Shown one piece after another: positions 33,704 to 43,138 of a stretch of 64,000 nucleotides of DNA. The position numbers and the translations under genes are program-made. The notes under the pieces are model-generated. The model saw nothing but the letters and a program-made list of their open reading frames with translations. It had not been told where the DNA came from and searched no databases. Numbering within the stretch: the stretch's first letter is position 1; every line of letters starts with the position of its first letter. Source of the DNA: an uncultured delta proteobacterium (lineage in GTDB: Bacteria > Desulfobacterota > Desulfomonilia > Desulfomonilales > Desulfomonilaceae); contig CAWBKB010000005.1 of assembly GCA_963789265.1 (NCBI GenBank), positions 480,001 through 544,000 of the forward strand, given 5' to 3'.

Positions 33704-34268
33704 ATGAAAATGGACGAAATAGTAAAGATTCTCGGCTTCGCGGGGAGCTTACGCAAAGGTTCTTACAACCGGTCTCTTTTGCGAGCCGCTGGGGAACTTG
33801 TTCCAAAAGGTGCCAAACTTGACACATTCGATCTCGAAGGTATGCCTCTCTTCAACCAAGACTTGGAAGACCAGCCAACCGAAAAGGTTAAGGAGTTTAA
33901 GGCAAGAATTAGAGCCGCGGACGCAATTCTGATTGCCACCCCTGAGTATAACTACTCGATCCCCGGCGTCCTGAAGAATGCCATCGACTGCGCTTCCAGA
34001 CCTTACGGAGACAATGCGTTCGAACATAAGCCGATCGCCATTATGGGGGCCTCGATCGGCATGGCGGGAACCGCCCGAGCTCAGGTCCCATTTGCGCCAA
34101 TCCTTTGTATTTTTGACTTGTTTTGCGTTGAATCAGCCGGAGGTAATGGTCTCATTTGCCCAAGACAAGATTGACAAAGACGGTAACGTCACTGATGAGA
34201 CAACGCGAGAGAAGATCAAAGAATTGTTGGAAGGCCTCGTGGCCTGGACGCAGAGACTCAAAGGATAG
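33704..34268 (+). CDS. NADPH-dependent FMN reductase (ChrR/YieF-like), apparent frameshift ~34085
   Basis: GSLRKGSYN, TPEYNYSIPGVLKNAID, GTARAQ, then HLRQ..NQPEV in another frame. Confidence 0.88.
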
Positions 34269-34551
34269 CGCTCAAATTGGCACGACCATGCGAATGAATG
34301 GCTTTGAGAGTATGGTATGGATCTGTCTTCGAAACCGCAGAGCAAACCAGGCTTCGCGTCTTCAATTAGAAGGATCTGTAACTGCATCGGAGAATCCCGG
34401 GCTCAGATTACTTGATAACTTTACATGATCCTCTGCGGGCTCAACGCCCTCCGCGGTGAATGACTGCCTTTGCATAATCGTGATCGCTACCGTCAGCGAA
34501 ATTGACATATACATAAATGATCAGAATTGCTTTTCCGAACGGAAGAACTAT

Positions 34552-35313
34552 ATGACTCACTTCGAGTTAGTTATCGTAGGCGTTGCGGCAGTCGCAGGAG
34601 GTGTTGTAAATGCGCTAGCCGGTGGAGGCACCCTCATCACTTTTCCGATGCTTATTGCGGTAGGAATTCCGGCGGTGGCTGCTAATATTACGAACACGGT
34701 TGCACTTTGCCCCGGGTATCTTGGGGGTACACTTGCACAGCTCAGAGACCTCAGCGGGTCCAAGCAAAAGTTGTATCTATTTGGCCCCGCGGGTGCACTT
34801 GGTGGTATCGTAGGGGGTATTTTGCTCCTAAATACAGGAGAGGCGACGTTTCGCACATTGGTTCCATACCTGATTCTTCTGGCTGCAGGACTCTTAGTCA
34901 TCGAAGGTCCGGTTCGTAGATGGCATGTGGTGCGAGCGGGTCGAAGTGAAGGTCAACACGGGCATGACCTATGGAAAGTGTATCCAGTCTTTCTGGCCTC
35001 GATTTACGGGGGATACTTCGGTGGGGGTTTAAGTGTCATTGTGCTTGCGATCCTTGCACTCGTGTCACAAGAATCGCTCACACGGCTTAATGCTTTAAAG
35101 CAAGTGATCGCATTGTGCGTAAACCTTGCAGTGGCCATTTTCTTCCTCTTTTCAGGTAAGGTGATATGGTCGGCCACCGTCGTCATGGCTGCTGGAGCTT
35201 TGGCAGGCGGAGCGGCCGGAGGATTGCTGGCAGGTTGGGTTCGACCTTCAGTGCTGCGAGGCATTGTAGTGGTGTTCGGGGTAGCAATCTCAATCGTGTA
35301 TTTCGTTCGATAG
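34552..35313 (+). CDS. TauE/SafE family (sulfite exporter-like) membrane protein
   Basis: NALAGGGTLITFP, ANITNT, YGGYFGGG. Confidence 0.85.
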   Translation: MTHFELVIVGVAAVAGGVVNALAGGGTLITFPMLIAVGIPAVAANITNTVALCPGYLGGTLAQLRDLSGSKQKLYLFGPAGALGGIVGGILLLNTGEATFRTLVPYLILLAAGLLVIEGPVRRWHVVRAGRSEGQHGHDLWKVYPVFLASIYGGYFGGGLSVIVLAILALVSQESLTRLNALKQVIALCVNLAVAIFFLFSGKVIWSATVVMAAGALAGGAAGGLLAGWVRPSVLRGIVVVFGVAISIVYFVR

Positions 35314-35400
35314 GAACTTACCGATTGAATAGGATCCTTGACGAAGTTCCAGAGCAGGCTTGCGCTGGAACGGGTGCTCCTCTAAAGCGATGACTTTGAT

Positions 35401-36147
35401 ATGGTCACTAACATGATTAACTATGCTGTGCCCGACAGTGCAGTCACGCATGCAGGCCGGGACTTGGTGCTCGAAACCAGGAATCTCTCTAGAGCTGTCG
35501 CGGACAAGGTGCTGATAAACGATATCAGTGTGCAGGTGCAGCGGGGCGAGGTACTAGCGGTAGTTGGGCCAAGCGGGGCGGGTAAATCGTCCTTCCTGCG
35601 GCTGCTTAATCGCCTCGATGAGCCAACGAGCGGTACCGTGCTTCTCGACGGCCGGGACTATAACGAGATAACGCCGCGAGAGCTGCGGCGTCGCGTTGGG
35701 ATGGTAATGCAGTCGGCCTATCTATTTCCGGGCACGGTCACGGACAATTTGCGCTTCGGCCCGAGCCAACGCGGCAAAGACGTGGCCGCCTCGGAGATAG
35801 ATTCCCTGCTGGAACACGTCGGGCTGGAAGGGTTTGCCGACAGAGATGTGTTGTATCTGTCGGGAGGCGAAGCCCAGCGAGTTTCACTGGCACGAACTCT
35901 GGCCAACCAACCTGAAGTGCTGTTGCTGGACGAGCCAACTTCGGCTTTGGATGCCCGGGCAGAACGCGAGATTGAAGCGCTGCTAGCCCGCATCCTCAAC
36001 GAGCAACATTTGACGGCCCTGATGGTCACCCACGATACCGCGCAGGCAGCTCGCATCGGCAACCGCGCGATATTAATCCAGTCCGGCCGGCTGATCTGCG
36101 ACGGCACTGTCCCAGAGGTGCTCCATGCTGAATCAACTCTTCCATGA
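35401..36147 (+). CDS. ABC transporter ATP-binding protein (FetA/YbbL-like)
   Basis: GPSGAGKS, LSGGEAQR, LLLDEPT. Confidence 0.88.
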   Translation: MVTNMINYAVPDSAVTHAGRDLVLETRNLSRAVADKVLINDISVQVQRGEVLAVVGPSGAGKSSFLRLLNRLDEPTSGTVLLDGRDYNEITPRELRRRVGMVMQSAYLFPGTVTDNLRFGPSQRGKDVAASEIDSLLEHVGLEGFADRDVLYLSGGEAQRVSLARTLANQPEVLLLDEPTSALDARAEREIEALLARILNEQHLTALMVTHDTAQAARIGNRAILIQSGRLICDGTVPEVLHAESTLP

Positions 36148-36926
36148 TCCGATTACGTTACGGGCCGCGCAAGTGATCGGTGCAGCCGCGTTTGCTCTGG
36201 TGGTCGCGTTTTGGGCACGCAGGCAGGGCATACATCTGCAACGCGAGGCGGCGATTGCGCTGGCGCGTGGCATCATCCAGATCATCATCGTCGGTCTGTT
36301 GCTGGTGCTTGTCTTGCGCGACGCCCGGTGGCTCAGCGCGTTTGTGCTTTTGGGGATGATGCTGGCCGGGGCGGTCATCGCCGCACGGCGGACAAAGCAC
36401 ATCCCGGGCATCCTGCAGGTGACGACCCGTTCGATCCTGCTGGGTGCGGGGCTAGTCATCAGCGTCATGGTCGTTTCTAGGAGTCATTGATCGGTCGCCC
36501 GCGACTCTAATCCCGGTTGGAAGCATGCTGATCGCCAACGCTATGAATACTACGGCACTGGCGCTAGATCGCTTTAGGGGAGAGGTTGAAGCGCACGCCG
36601 GGCAGATCGAAGCCGGACTGGCACTGGGCGCGGCCCCGAATGTGGTGGTAGGGCCGTATGTGCGGGCTGCAGTGCAGGCCGGCATGATTCCCAGCGTCAA
36701 CAATTTGCGTTCGCTGGGTATAGTGTGGATTCCCGGGGTGATGGCCGGTATGGTGCTCGCGGGCAGCAACCCCATTGTTGCAGCAAGCTACCAGTTTGTA
36801 GTTGTTGCCATGCTTTTCGCTACGGCCGGGGCCACCGCCCTCCTGTGCGCATTGTTCGTGCGAGAGCACGCGTTTTCTGCCGCGGAACAACTGACGCTTC
36901 GGATAAGGGAGAACGAATCCAAGTAG
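36125..36926 (+). CDS. UPF0014 / FetB (YbbM)-like ABC permease, apparent frameshift ~36475
   Basis: ARGIIQI; IPVGSMLIANAM, IEAGLALGA, LGIVWIPGVMAG, AASYQ. Confidence 0.82.
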
Positions 36927-37062
36927 AACAAATGTCGAAATAATGGTCATTCGTGGCCACAACGCAGAACTCTGTTAAGCCTGTGCTGCATCGTTTTCAA
37001 CTTCGGTCGGATCGCCTGGCCCAGCACTGGGCGAGCGGTCAGTATCTCTTGCCGTTGCATCT

Positions 37063-37202
37063 GATACCGGCGCGCGATCAAACGGTGAACAATCAAGGAA
37101 ATAGAGCACGGATCTGACAAAGCCTCCCGCGGGACGTGGGTTGGCGCCCAAGTCAGCGCCGTTTGCGATCGGTCTATTCTCACTTGTTTGAAAGCGAATC
37201 GA
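37063..37202 (-). repeat. Internally deleted copy C of the ~190-bp repeat
   Basis: Reverse complement matches both ends of copy A (GCGCGATCAAACGGTGAACAATC and CACTTGTTTGAAAGCGAATCG) but lacks the central hairpins. Confidence 0.78.
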
Positions 37203-37267
37203 TACGAGAGGCTTTTCTTAATCGATTCGCTGCCTGTAGCGCATGTGGTCCTGGACAAGGGGAAGCT

Positions 37268-39159
37268 ATGATCAGCAGACGCGATTTCTTGACATTAGCA
37301 GGATCGGCAGCAGCCTCGCTGGCAATCTCTTCTAAAGTTCAGGGCCGAGGCGCATCGAAAGACTCCGAACCCCATGCTGCACCGAAAACTCGAGTATTTT
37401 CCGGCAGCAAGCCAGGGACTGCGTTTACGAAATACGTCGATCCTCTCCCGATAATGCAGGTGATGCCTAATGCCGGGATAAGGGATCAATATCGGATAGC
37501 GATGAAGCAGTTCGCCCAAAGAATCCATCGAGATCTACCCCCAACCACGCTTTGGGGCTTCGGCGCAGTGGGCTATCGCCCCTCTGTCCCGGCAGCCACT
37601 ATCGAGGTCCAAATAAACAAGCCGGTAAAAGTGCGATGGATTAACGATTTGCCCCGCACTCACTTGTTAGCCGCAGCCGTGGACCATACCATCCACGGCG
37701 CAGAAAGGAAATTTCCAGAGGTGCGGTCGGTCGTGCACTTACATGGTGGCGCCACCGCACCTGATAGCGATGGCTACCCGGAGCATTGGTATTCGTCCGC
37801 CGGTGGCAGGATGGATGGCAAGATTGGGGATAATTACTTAGATTACACTTATCATAACGGCCAGTTGGCCACCGCCCTCTGGTACCATGAGCACGCCCTG
37901 GGGATAACTCGCCTGAATATCATAGTGGGACTGGCCGGTTTGTATATTCTCCGGGACAATAGCGACACCGGGGGACCTCCCGCGGCAAACTCCAGCAATC
38001 CTCATCCGGGGGAAAACACTCTGGGCCTGCCCGGGCCTGCTCCCGGCCACGGCACTGGACTCTTTTACGAGATTCCTCTGGTAATTCAAGACCTGGCCTT
38101 GAATGCCGACGGGTCTCTTGCTTACCCTACCAAAGGGGTTAACCCGGAAATTCATCCCCAGTGGGTGCAGGATTTCTTCGGGGACGTGATATGTGTAAAC
38201 GGCAAGGCCTGGCCCTACATCCAAGTAGAGCCCCGACGGTACCGCTTCCGTATATTGAACGCCTGCAACTCACGTGTCTTAGATCTGACCTTGGATTCCG
38301 GCCAGCCAGTCTATCATATCGGTTCGGATGGCGGCTTTTTGCCTCAAGTGGCGGAATGCCACCGTCTCCGGATTGCCCCCGCGGAACGGCACGACATCGT
38401 GATTGACTTCACTGGATTAGCCGGGGCCGCCATAACCCTGCTGAATCATGGTAGGACGCCGTTCTTTGAAGGCGAGCCTCCAAATCCGCAGACTACCGGT
38501 CAGATTATGCAATTCCGGGTGGCTAAAAGTGCACAAAGTACGGACCATAGCCTGCCTCCACCATCCATCCCGTTGCCCGCTTGCGCTGATCTCAGATCGT
38601 TGGTGACCCCGGCCATGCTTAAGAAACACCCGGCGAGCTTTCCTGAATGTAATTCAAGGGCCGCACGGACCAATCATGCTGACGCTCAGCAACCAACGGT
38701 GGATGGACAAAATCACGGAGACTCCCCGGGTCGGTTCCGTTGAGATTTGGGAGATCATGAATCTCGCTAGAGACCTTCACCCTATCCACCTTCACCTCAT
38801 TCAGTTTCAACTCCTTAACCGGCAAGCGTTTGACGTAAAGGCGTACAAAAAAGGCTTTGGCCCACCAGCGCACTCCATTGCCGGTTCCCGACCCTACTCC
38901 TTTTCTTCACGGCAAACCGATGGCCCCTACTCCCGAGGAATCCGGATGGAAGGACACTATCGTCCACAATACCGGGCAAGTGACCCGGATTGTGACCAGA
39001 TGGGCACCCCAAACGGCCCCACTATTCGGGCCGGGAAGCCATATCCCCGGGGTCAACCAATATCCTTTTGACCCCACTCAGGGGAAATATGTTTGGCACT
39101 GCCATAACCTGCAGCATGAGGATAATGAGATGATGCGCCCTTTCAAGGTTTTGCCCTGA
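37268..39159 (+). CDS. Tat-exported multicopper oxidase (CotA/bilirubin-oxidase type), two apparent frameshifts (~38630, ~38865)
   Basis: SRRDFL Tat motif; copper motifs HLHG, WYHEH, HPIHLH and WHCHNLQHEDNEMM spread over three frames. Confidence 0.88.
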
Positions 39160-39238
39160 GACGATCAATAAGGCCATGAAACTCTGCGGTGTAAATACGC
39201 AAAATGAAGACCGGCAGGCGCTCCGCCTTGCGCGGCAC

Positions 39239-39802
39239 TTACTTATTTTCGAGATCCAAAAAGAGGTACAGGGCTGCGATCATTACCGAACAGGTGACCT
39301 TGCCGGATCTTATGTAATCCCTGATTTGATCCAGGGGAACGAGAACAGTTTCAATTTCTTCGGTCTCATCGGGATTCAAATGGCCCGTAGGAGTAGCGTT
39401 TCTGGCCAAATAAACATAGAAACGGTTTGTGAAGATCGCGGGCATGGGGTGCATCCAACCAAGGAACTCCAGCGTGTCGGCCCGGTATCCCGTCTCTTCC
39501 TCCAGTTCCTCACGTGCGCTCTGCTCAGGCGCCTGGCCGTCCTTGACCAGCCCCCCGGGAGGCTCAAGAGAAAGCTCGCCGGTTCCGTGGCGGAATTGCT
39601 TGACCATGACGACCTGATTATCCGGAGTCACAGCCACAACCGCGGCCCAGTCCGGAGATTCTAAAACTTGGAATTCGTGAATCTGCCCTGTTCGTGGGGA
39701 CTTGTTCTTGTGAATGTGAACTGAAAAGAGCCCGTATTCCTTATCTTCACGGCTGTCCACCAATTCCCATGATAGGCGCGGGGTCTCGGTGCCTTTGTCC
39801 AT
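39239..39802 (-). CDS. NUDIX hydrolase (ADP-ribose pyrophosphatase-like)
   Basis: Nudix box GGLVKDGQAPEQSAREELEEETGY. Confidence 0.9.
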   Translation of the reverse strand: MDKGTETPRLSWELVDSREDKEYGLFSVHIHKNKSPRTGQIHEFQVLESPDWAAVVAVTPDNQVVMVKQFRHGTGELSLEPPGGLVKDGQAPEQSAREELEEETGYRADTLEFLGWMHPMPAIFTNRFYVYLARNATPTGHLNPDETEEIETVLVPLDQIRDYIRSGKVTCSVMIAALYLFLDLENK

Positions 39803-39855
39803 ATAAGCCTCCGGTGATGATTATGAGGAATGCACTGAAATTATTACAGTGAAGC

Positions 39856-40595
39856 TCAATGCGCTGCACCATCAGCACTCGAAGTCCGAGGTTTCCGCGC
39901 TTTCCTTTTCATGCCCCACGGGCACACCCTTATACAGACTCCGCAAATAGGACTTTCGATAAAGGGCAGTCTGATAAATTCCTGGCTGACCTTCGCCACG
40001 CAGCGCTCGAAATAAATTGCTTCATTGCGATCGGAGTAATGCCAATCGGTGTTTACGTTTTTAATGGCCCGGGCCGGGCAAGCCTTCGAGCAGGCCAAGC
40101 ACTTACCGCATCGGTTCTTTATCGGCTTATCCGGGGCGAGGAGAGCATCAGTGAGAATCGTAGCCAACCTGACACGCGGCCCGTACTCCGGATTCACAAG
40201 CAAAAGGCTCTTTCCTTGCCAGCCCAGGCCCGCGGCAACGGCTACCGCTTTGTGAGATATATACGAGCGCCAATTCGTCTTATCCAGCACCTGAGATGCG
40301 GGAATCGGGAGAGCTTGGCTCCGGCCCGCTGTAGGAACTGGGAGACACGCACGGCGACGTCGTCGAGCAGCGCGTTTACTTTAAGATAATGCTGCTGGTA
40401 AAGCGGTGTAGGGGAATCGACAATGGGATCTATGATGCCGTCTGCCAGCCTCACCGCGATGCTCACGGCCCTTTCATAGCCTAGCAGAAGGTGTTGAGGT
40501 TCTGTCTCGAGACCTTCGAGCAGAGCCAGATCAGCCACGCCGACAACATCCGCGCCGCACGTGCGGGCAAACTTTTTAAGCCCAGAGCTATTCAA
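39856..40595 (-). CDS. QueG/reductive-dehalogenase-like 2x[4Fe-4S] protein, apparent frameshift ~40312
   Basis: GADVVGVA, SHKAVAVAAGLGWQGKS, GPRVRLATILTD, CGKCLACSKACP, CGVCIRVCPW; TTG start after AGGAGG. Confidence 0.75.
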
Positions 40596-40939
40596 TCTTG
40601 TCTCCTCCTGGCTCCTGTGCTCCTGATGCAACTTTTGCGACAATCGCAAAGATTCAGCATACGAGATCGGATGTAATCCGGTTGGGCCCAGACATTCCAG
40701 CCGTATGCGCTGTCCTTCTGCACGTCAGAGCACAACTCCGTTCGGAGTCATGCCCAAGGACCTAATACAATTGTCAAAGCGATATAAAAGGATGTTTGGC
40801 AAGAAGTACGCGCCGTACCTCGATATTCTTCTAAAATAAGGCGCCGAAGCATTTTCTGCAAGAGAGTAATCGGCGCCTGCATTTTGGGGAAGGTCCGGCT
40901 CTAGGAAGGAAAGAGCGTCTACCCTATCGGTGCTATCAA

Positions 40940-41398
40940 TCACCCATACGACGGGATGACCTCCTTGAGGCTCCCCTCAGAGATGAATGCTTCATAGTTG
41001 TGGATCAGTCTCTGGACAACTGCTCCGGCCAGCCGTTTGTAGAACATCATTCCGCTTGCGGGGTCTTTATCAAATATCTTGTTCAGGTTTCTGTTTTCGA
41101 TTTTCATTATCGTGCTGGGGGCCGCACACTCCGCGGTGGCTGTGTACACGAGCCGGTCTACCAAGCCAGTCCATCCGAAGGCCTCGCCCTCGACGTTAAC
41201 CGTATAGCTTATCTCCGATTTTTTTCCGATGAACAGACGTACCATTCCCCCGACCAGGATGTAAAAATTTTCGGCTGGCGTTCCTGCCTCAAATATTAAT
41301 TTGCCTGGCTCGTAAGACTCTTCGGTCATGATTTTGGAAATCTCGTTCACAATCTCAGGGCTCAAGTCCTTGAAAAGGTCGGCTTTTTGGATAATCAT
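40940..41398 (-). CDS. Stand-alone cyclic-nucleotide-binding domain protein
   Basis: LFKDL, IFEAG..FYILVGGMV, GEAFGW..YTATA; no HTH. Confidence 0.8.
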   Translation of the reverse strand: MIIQKADLFKDLSPEIVNEISKIMTEESYEPGKLIFEAGTPAENFYILVGGMVRLFIGKKSEISYTVNVEGEAFGWTGLVDRLVYTATAECAAPSTIMKIENRNLNKIFDKDPASGMMFYKRLAGAVVQRLIHNYEAFISEGSLKEVIPSYG

Positions 41399-41669
41399 GG
41401 CTTCTCCTTTCTGTTAGGAAGACATGTTTGAAATCCCGCCGGCTCCAACTATCTCCGCAACTTCGTCGCATTCTGTGCTTTTCGTCTATGTTTCGTGGTG
41501 TTCCTCCTCTTCTTCCAGTCTTCTTAAGACTGACTATCCCGAAGTTCTCATAGTGGCCTCCAAAATGAACCCACAGCCGTCACAGAAGCACGTATGTAAA
41601 GAACAATCAGCTCATGTAACTATTGTTACCGGCCGTGACATGGGAGTCAATCAGAACTTTCTTCCACCG

Positions 41670-41816
41670 GTATTCCTTCAGTTACGCGGGGAATCTTCTG
41701 GCTCCTGTCATTGCGAGGAGTGAAACGACGAAGCAATCTAAGCGCCGTTTGAAGGAAGAGATTGCTTCGCTTCGCTCGCAATGACAATCCTTTGCCGCAC
41801 GTAAGTGAATGGATAC
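41670..41816. mobile_element. MITE, copy 1 (147 bp)
   Basis: Subterminal inverted repeats TTCAGTTACG/CGTAAGTGAA; direct repeat TTCCACCG on both flanks; internal TGTCATTGCGAG..GCAATCT / AGATTGC..CTCGCAATGACA palindrome. Confidence 0.8.
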
Positions 41817-41833
41817 TTCCACCGGGATTTGGA

Positions 41834-43036
41834 TCAAGCTTTAGCGTTCCTTCCAGCAGCAAACAGTATCGGAAGGGAAATCAGTTGAGCCACTACGGAA
41901 AACTCTACGAGAGCAGGGAGCGAGATATCGTACAGGACGCCCATCAGAGCACTTCCACCAAACCAGAACAGGCCGAATGCCATATTGAATATGCCAAAGG
42001 CAAATCCCAATCGGTCGGTTGGGACCAAATCCGCAATAGCGGCCCTCATGACCGATGACTGCGCGCCCATTCCTACTCCCCATAAGGCCATGCCGACGAG
42101 TGCAGAATAATACCCGCCCAGAAAGACAAATGGGGCAAAAAAAGATGAAAAAAAGACCGCGGCAACCAACGAGGGAAGGCCGATACGATCGAAAATACTA
42201 CCGAAAAAAAGAGAAGCCAGGACATGAACACCCATCGCCACGGCATAAAATATCGGAATCGAACCGTCCGAGACTATGGCCATTTTCTTAAAGTGAAAGG
42301 CAATGAGGGAAAAGTCGGCATACCCGGCTGCCACAAACCCGATAGCAATTACGTAGATCCAAAACTTTCGAGAAAGGGCCTTTCCTTCCAACTCTACCGA
42401 GGTGGATCCAATGTCTTCTGGGGTCGGGTACAAACGTGCTGCCACAACCAGCAGGCTCAAAGCTATGAGGGCGGGAACTAACAGTACACCGAAGCTGGTT
42501 TGATAGGTACCCTTGAAATGTAGGACAGCCGCTACTACCAATGGGCCGATTACAGCTCCAGTCTGGTCCAGAGCCTGGTGAAGACCGAAACCCCATCCTC
42601 GGCCGATCTTTTGTGATGCGAGAGATAACATCACATCGCGCGTAGGGGTCCTGATCCCTTTGCCAATGCGTTCCGTCACGATTAGAGCTGCTGCAGTCGG
42701 CCAATGCCCGGCCAATGCCAGAAGAGGCACCGCCAACAAGTTCATGGCGTACCCGAACAGCACTATGGTCCAGTATCTCTTTGTTTTGTCGGTTAAATAA
42801 CCTGATGCGAGGCGCAGGCCATACCCTAGCAACTCCCCGAATCCCGCTACCACTCCCACTACTGTTGCGCTTGCACCTAGCATCTCCAGGAAAGGACCGG
42901 TGATGCTCCTGGCGCCTTCGTATGTGAAATCGGAAAAGAGGCTTATTATCCCGAGCAAGACTACGAACTTAATCGCGGTGGACTTGGAAATGTCGGATAA
43001 TACGGCTGGTGCGCGTGATGAAGTTTCGATGGCCAT
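41834..43036 (-). CDS. MFS transporter
   Basis: About 12 hydrophobic segments; SGYLTDKTKRY, ERIGKGIRTP, GFGLHQALDQTGA, GSIFDRIG. Confidence 0.9.
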   Translation of the reverse strand: MAIETSSRAPAVLSDISKSTAIKFVVLLGIISLFSDFTYEGARSITGPFLEMLGASATVVGVVAGFGELLGYGLRLASGYLTDKTKRYWTIVLFGYAMNLLAVPLLALAGHWPTAAALIVTERIGKGIRTPTRDVMLSLASQKIGRGWGFGLHQALDQTGAVIGPLVVAAVLHFKGTYQTSFGVLLVPALIALSLLVVAARLYPTPEDIGSTSVELEGKALSRKFWIYVIAIGFVAAGYADFSLIAFHFKKMAIVSDGSIPIFYAVAMGVHVLASLFFGSIFDRIGLPSLVAAVFFSSFFAPFVFLGGYYSALVGMALWGVGMGAQSSVMRAAIADLVPTDRLGFAFGIFNMAFGLFWFGGSALMGVLYDISLPALVEFSVVAQLISLPILFAAGRNAKA

Positions 43037-43138
43037 CTGGTCTCCATACCTCTGGTATTGCCAAGGGTTCGTATTACAAATCTAGCACAGCGGTAAGAGA
43101 TTCAATAAGATTTAAGACGGCCAGTTGGGCGTACAGAA

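Noticed and set aside
34430..34460. CTCTGCG..CTCCGCGGTGAAT REP-like motif
   Set aside because: Short and degenerate, with only a weak partial match near 39181; not enough to call.
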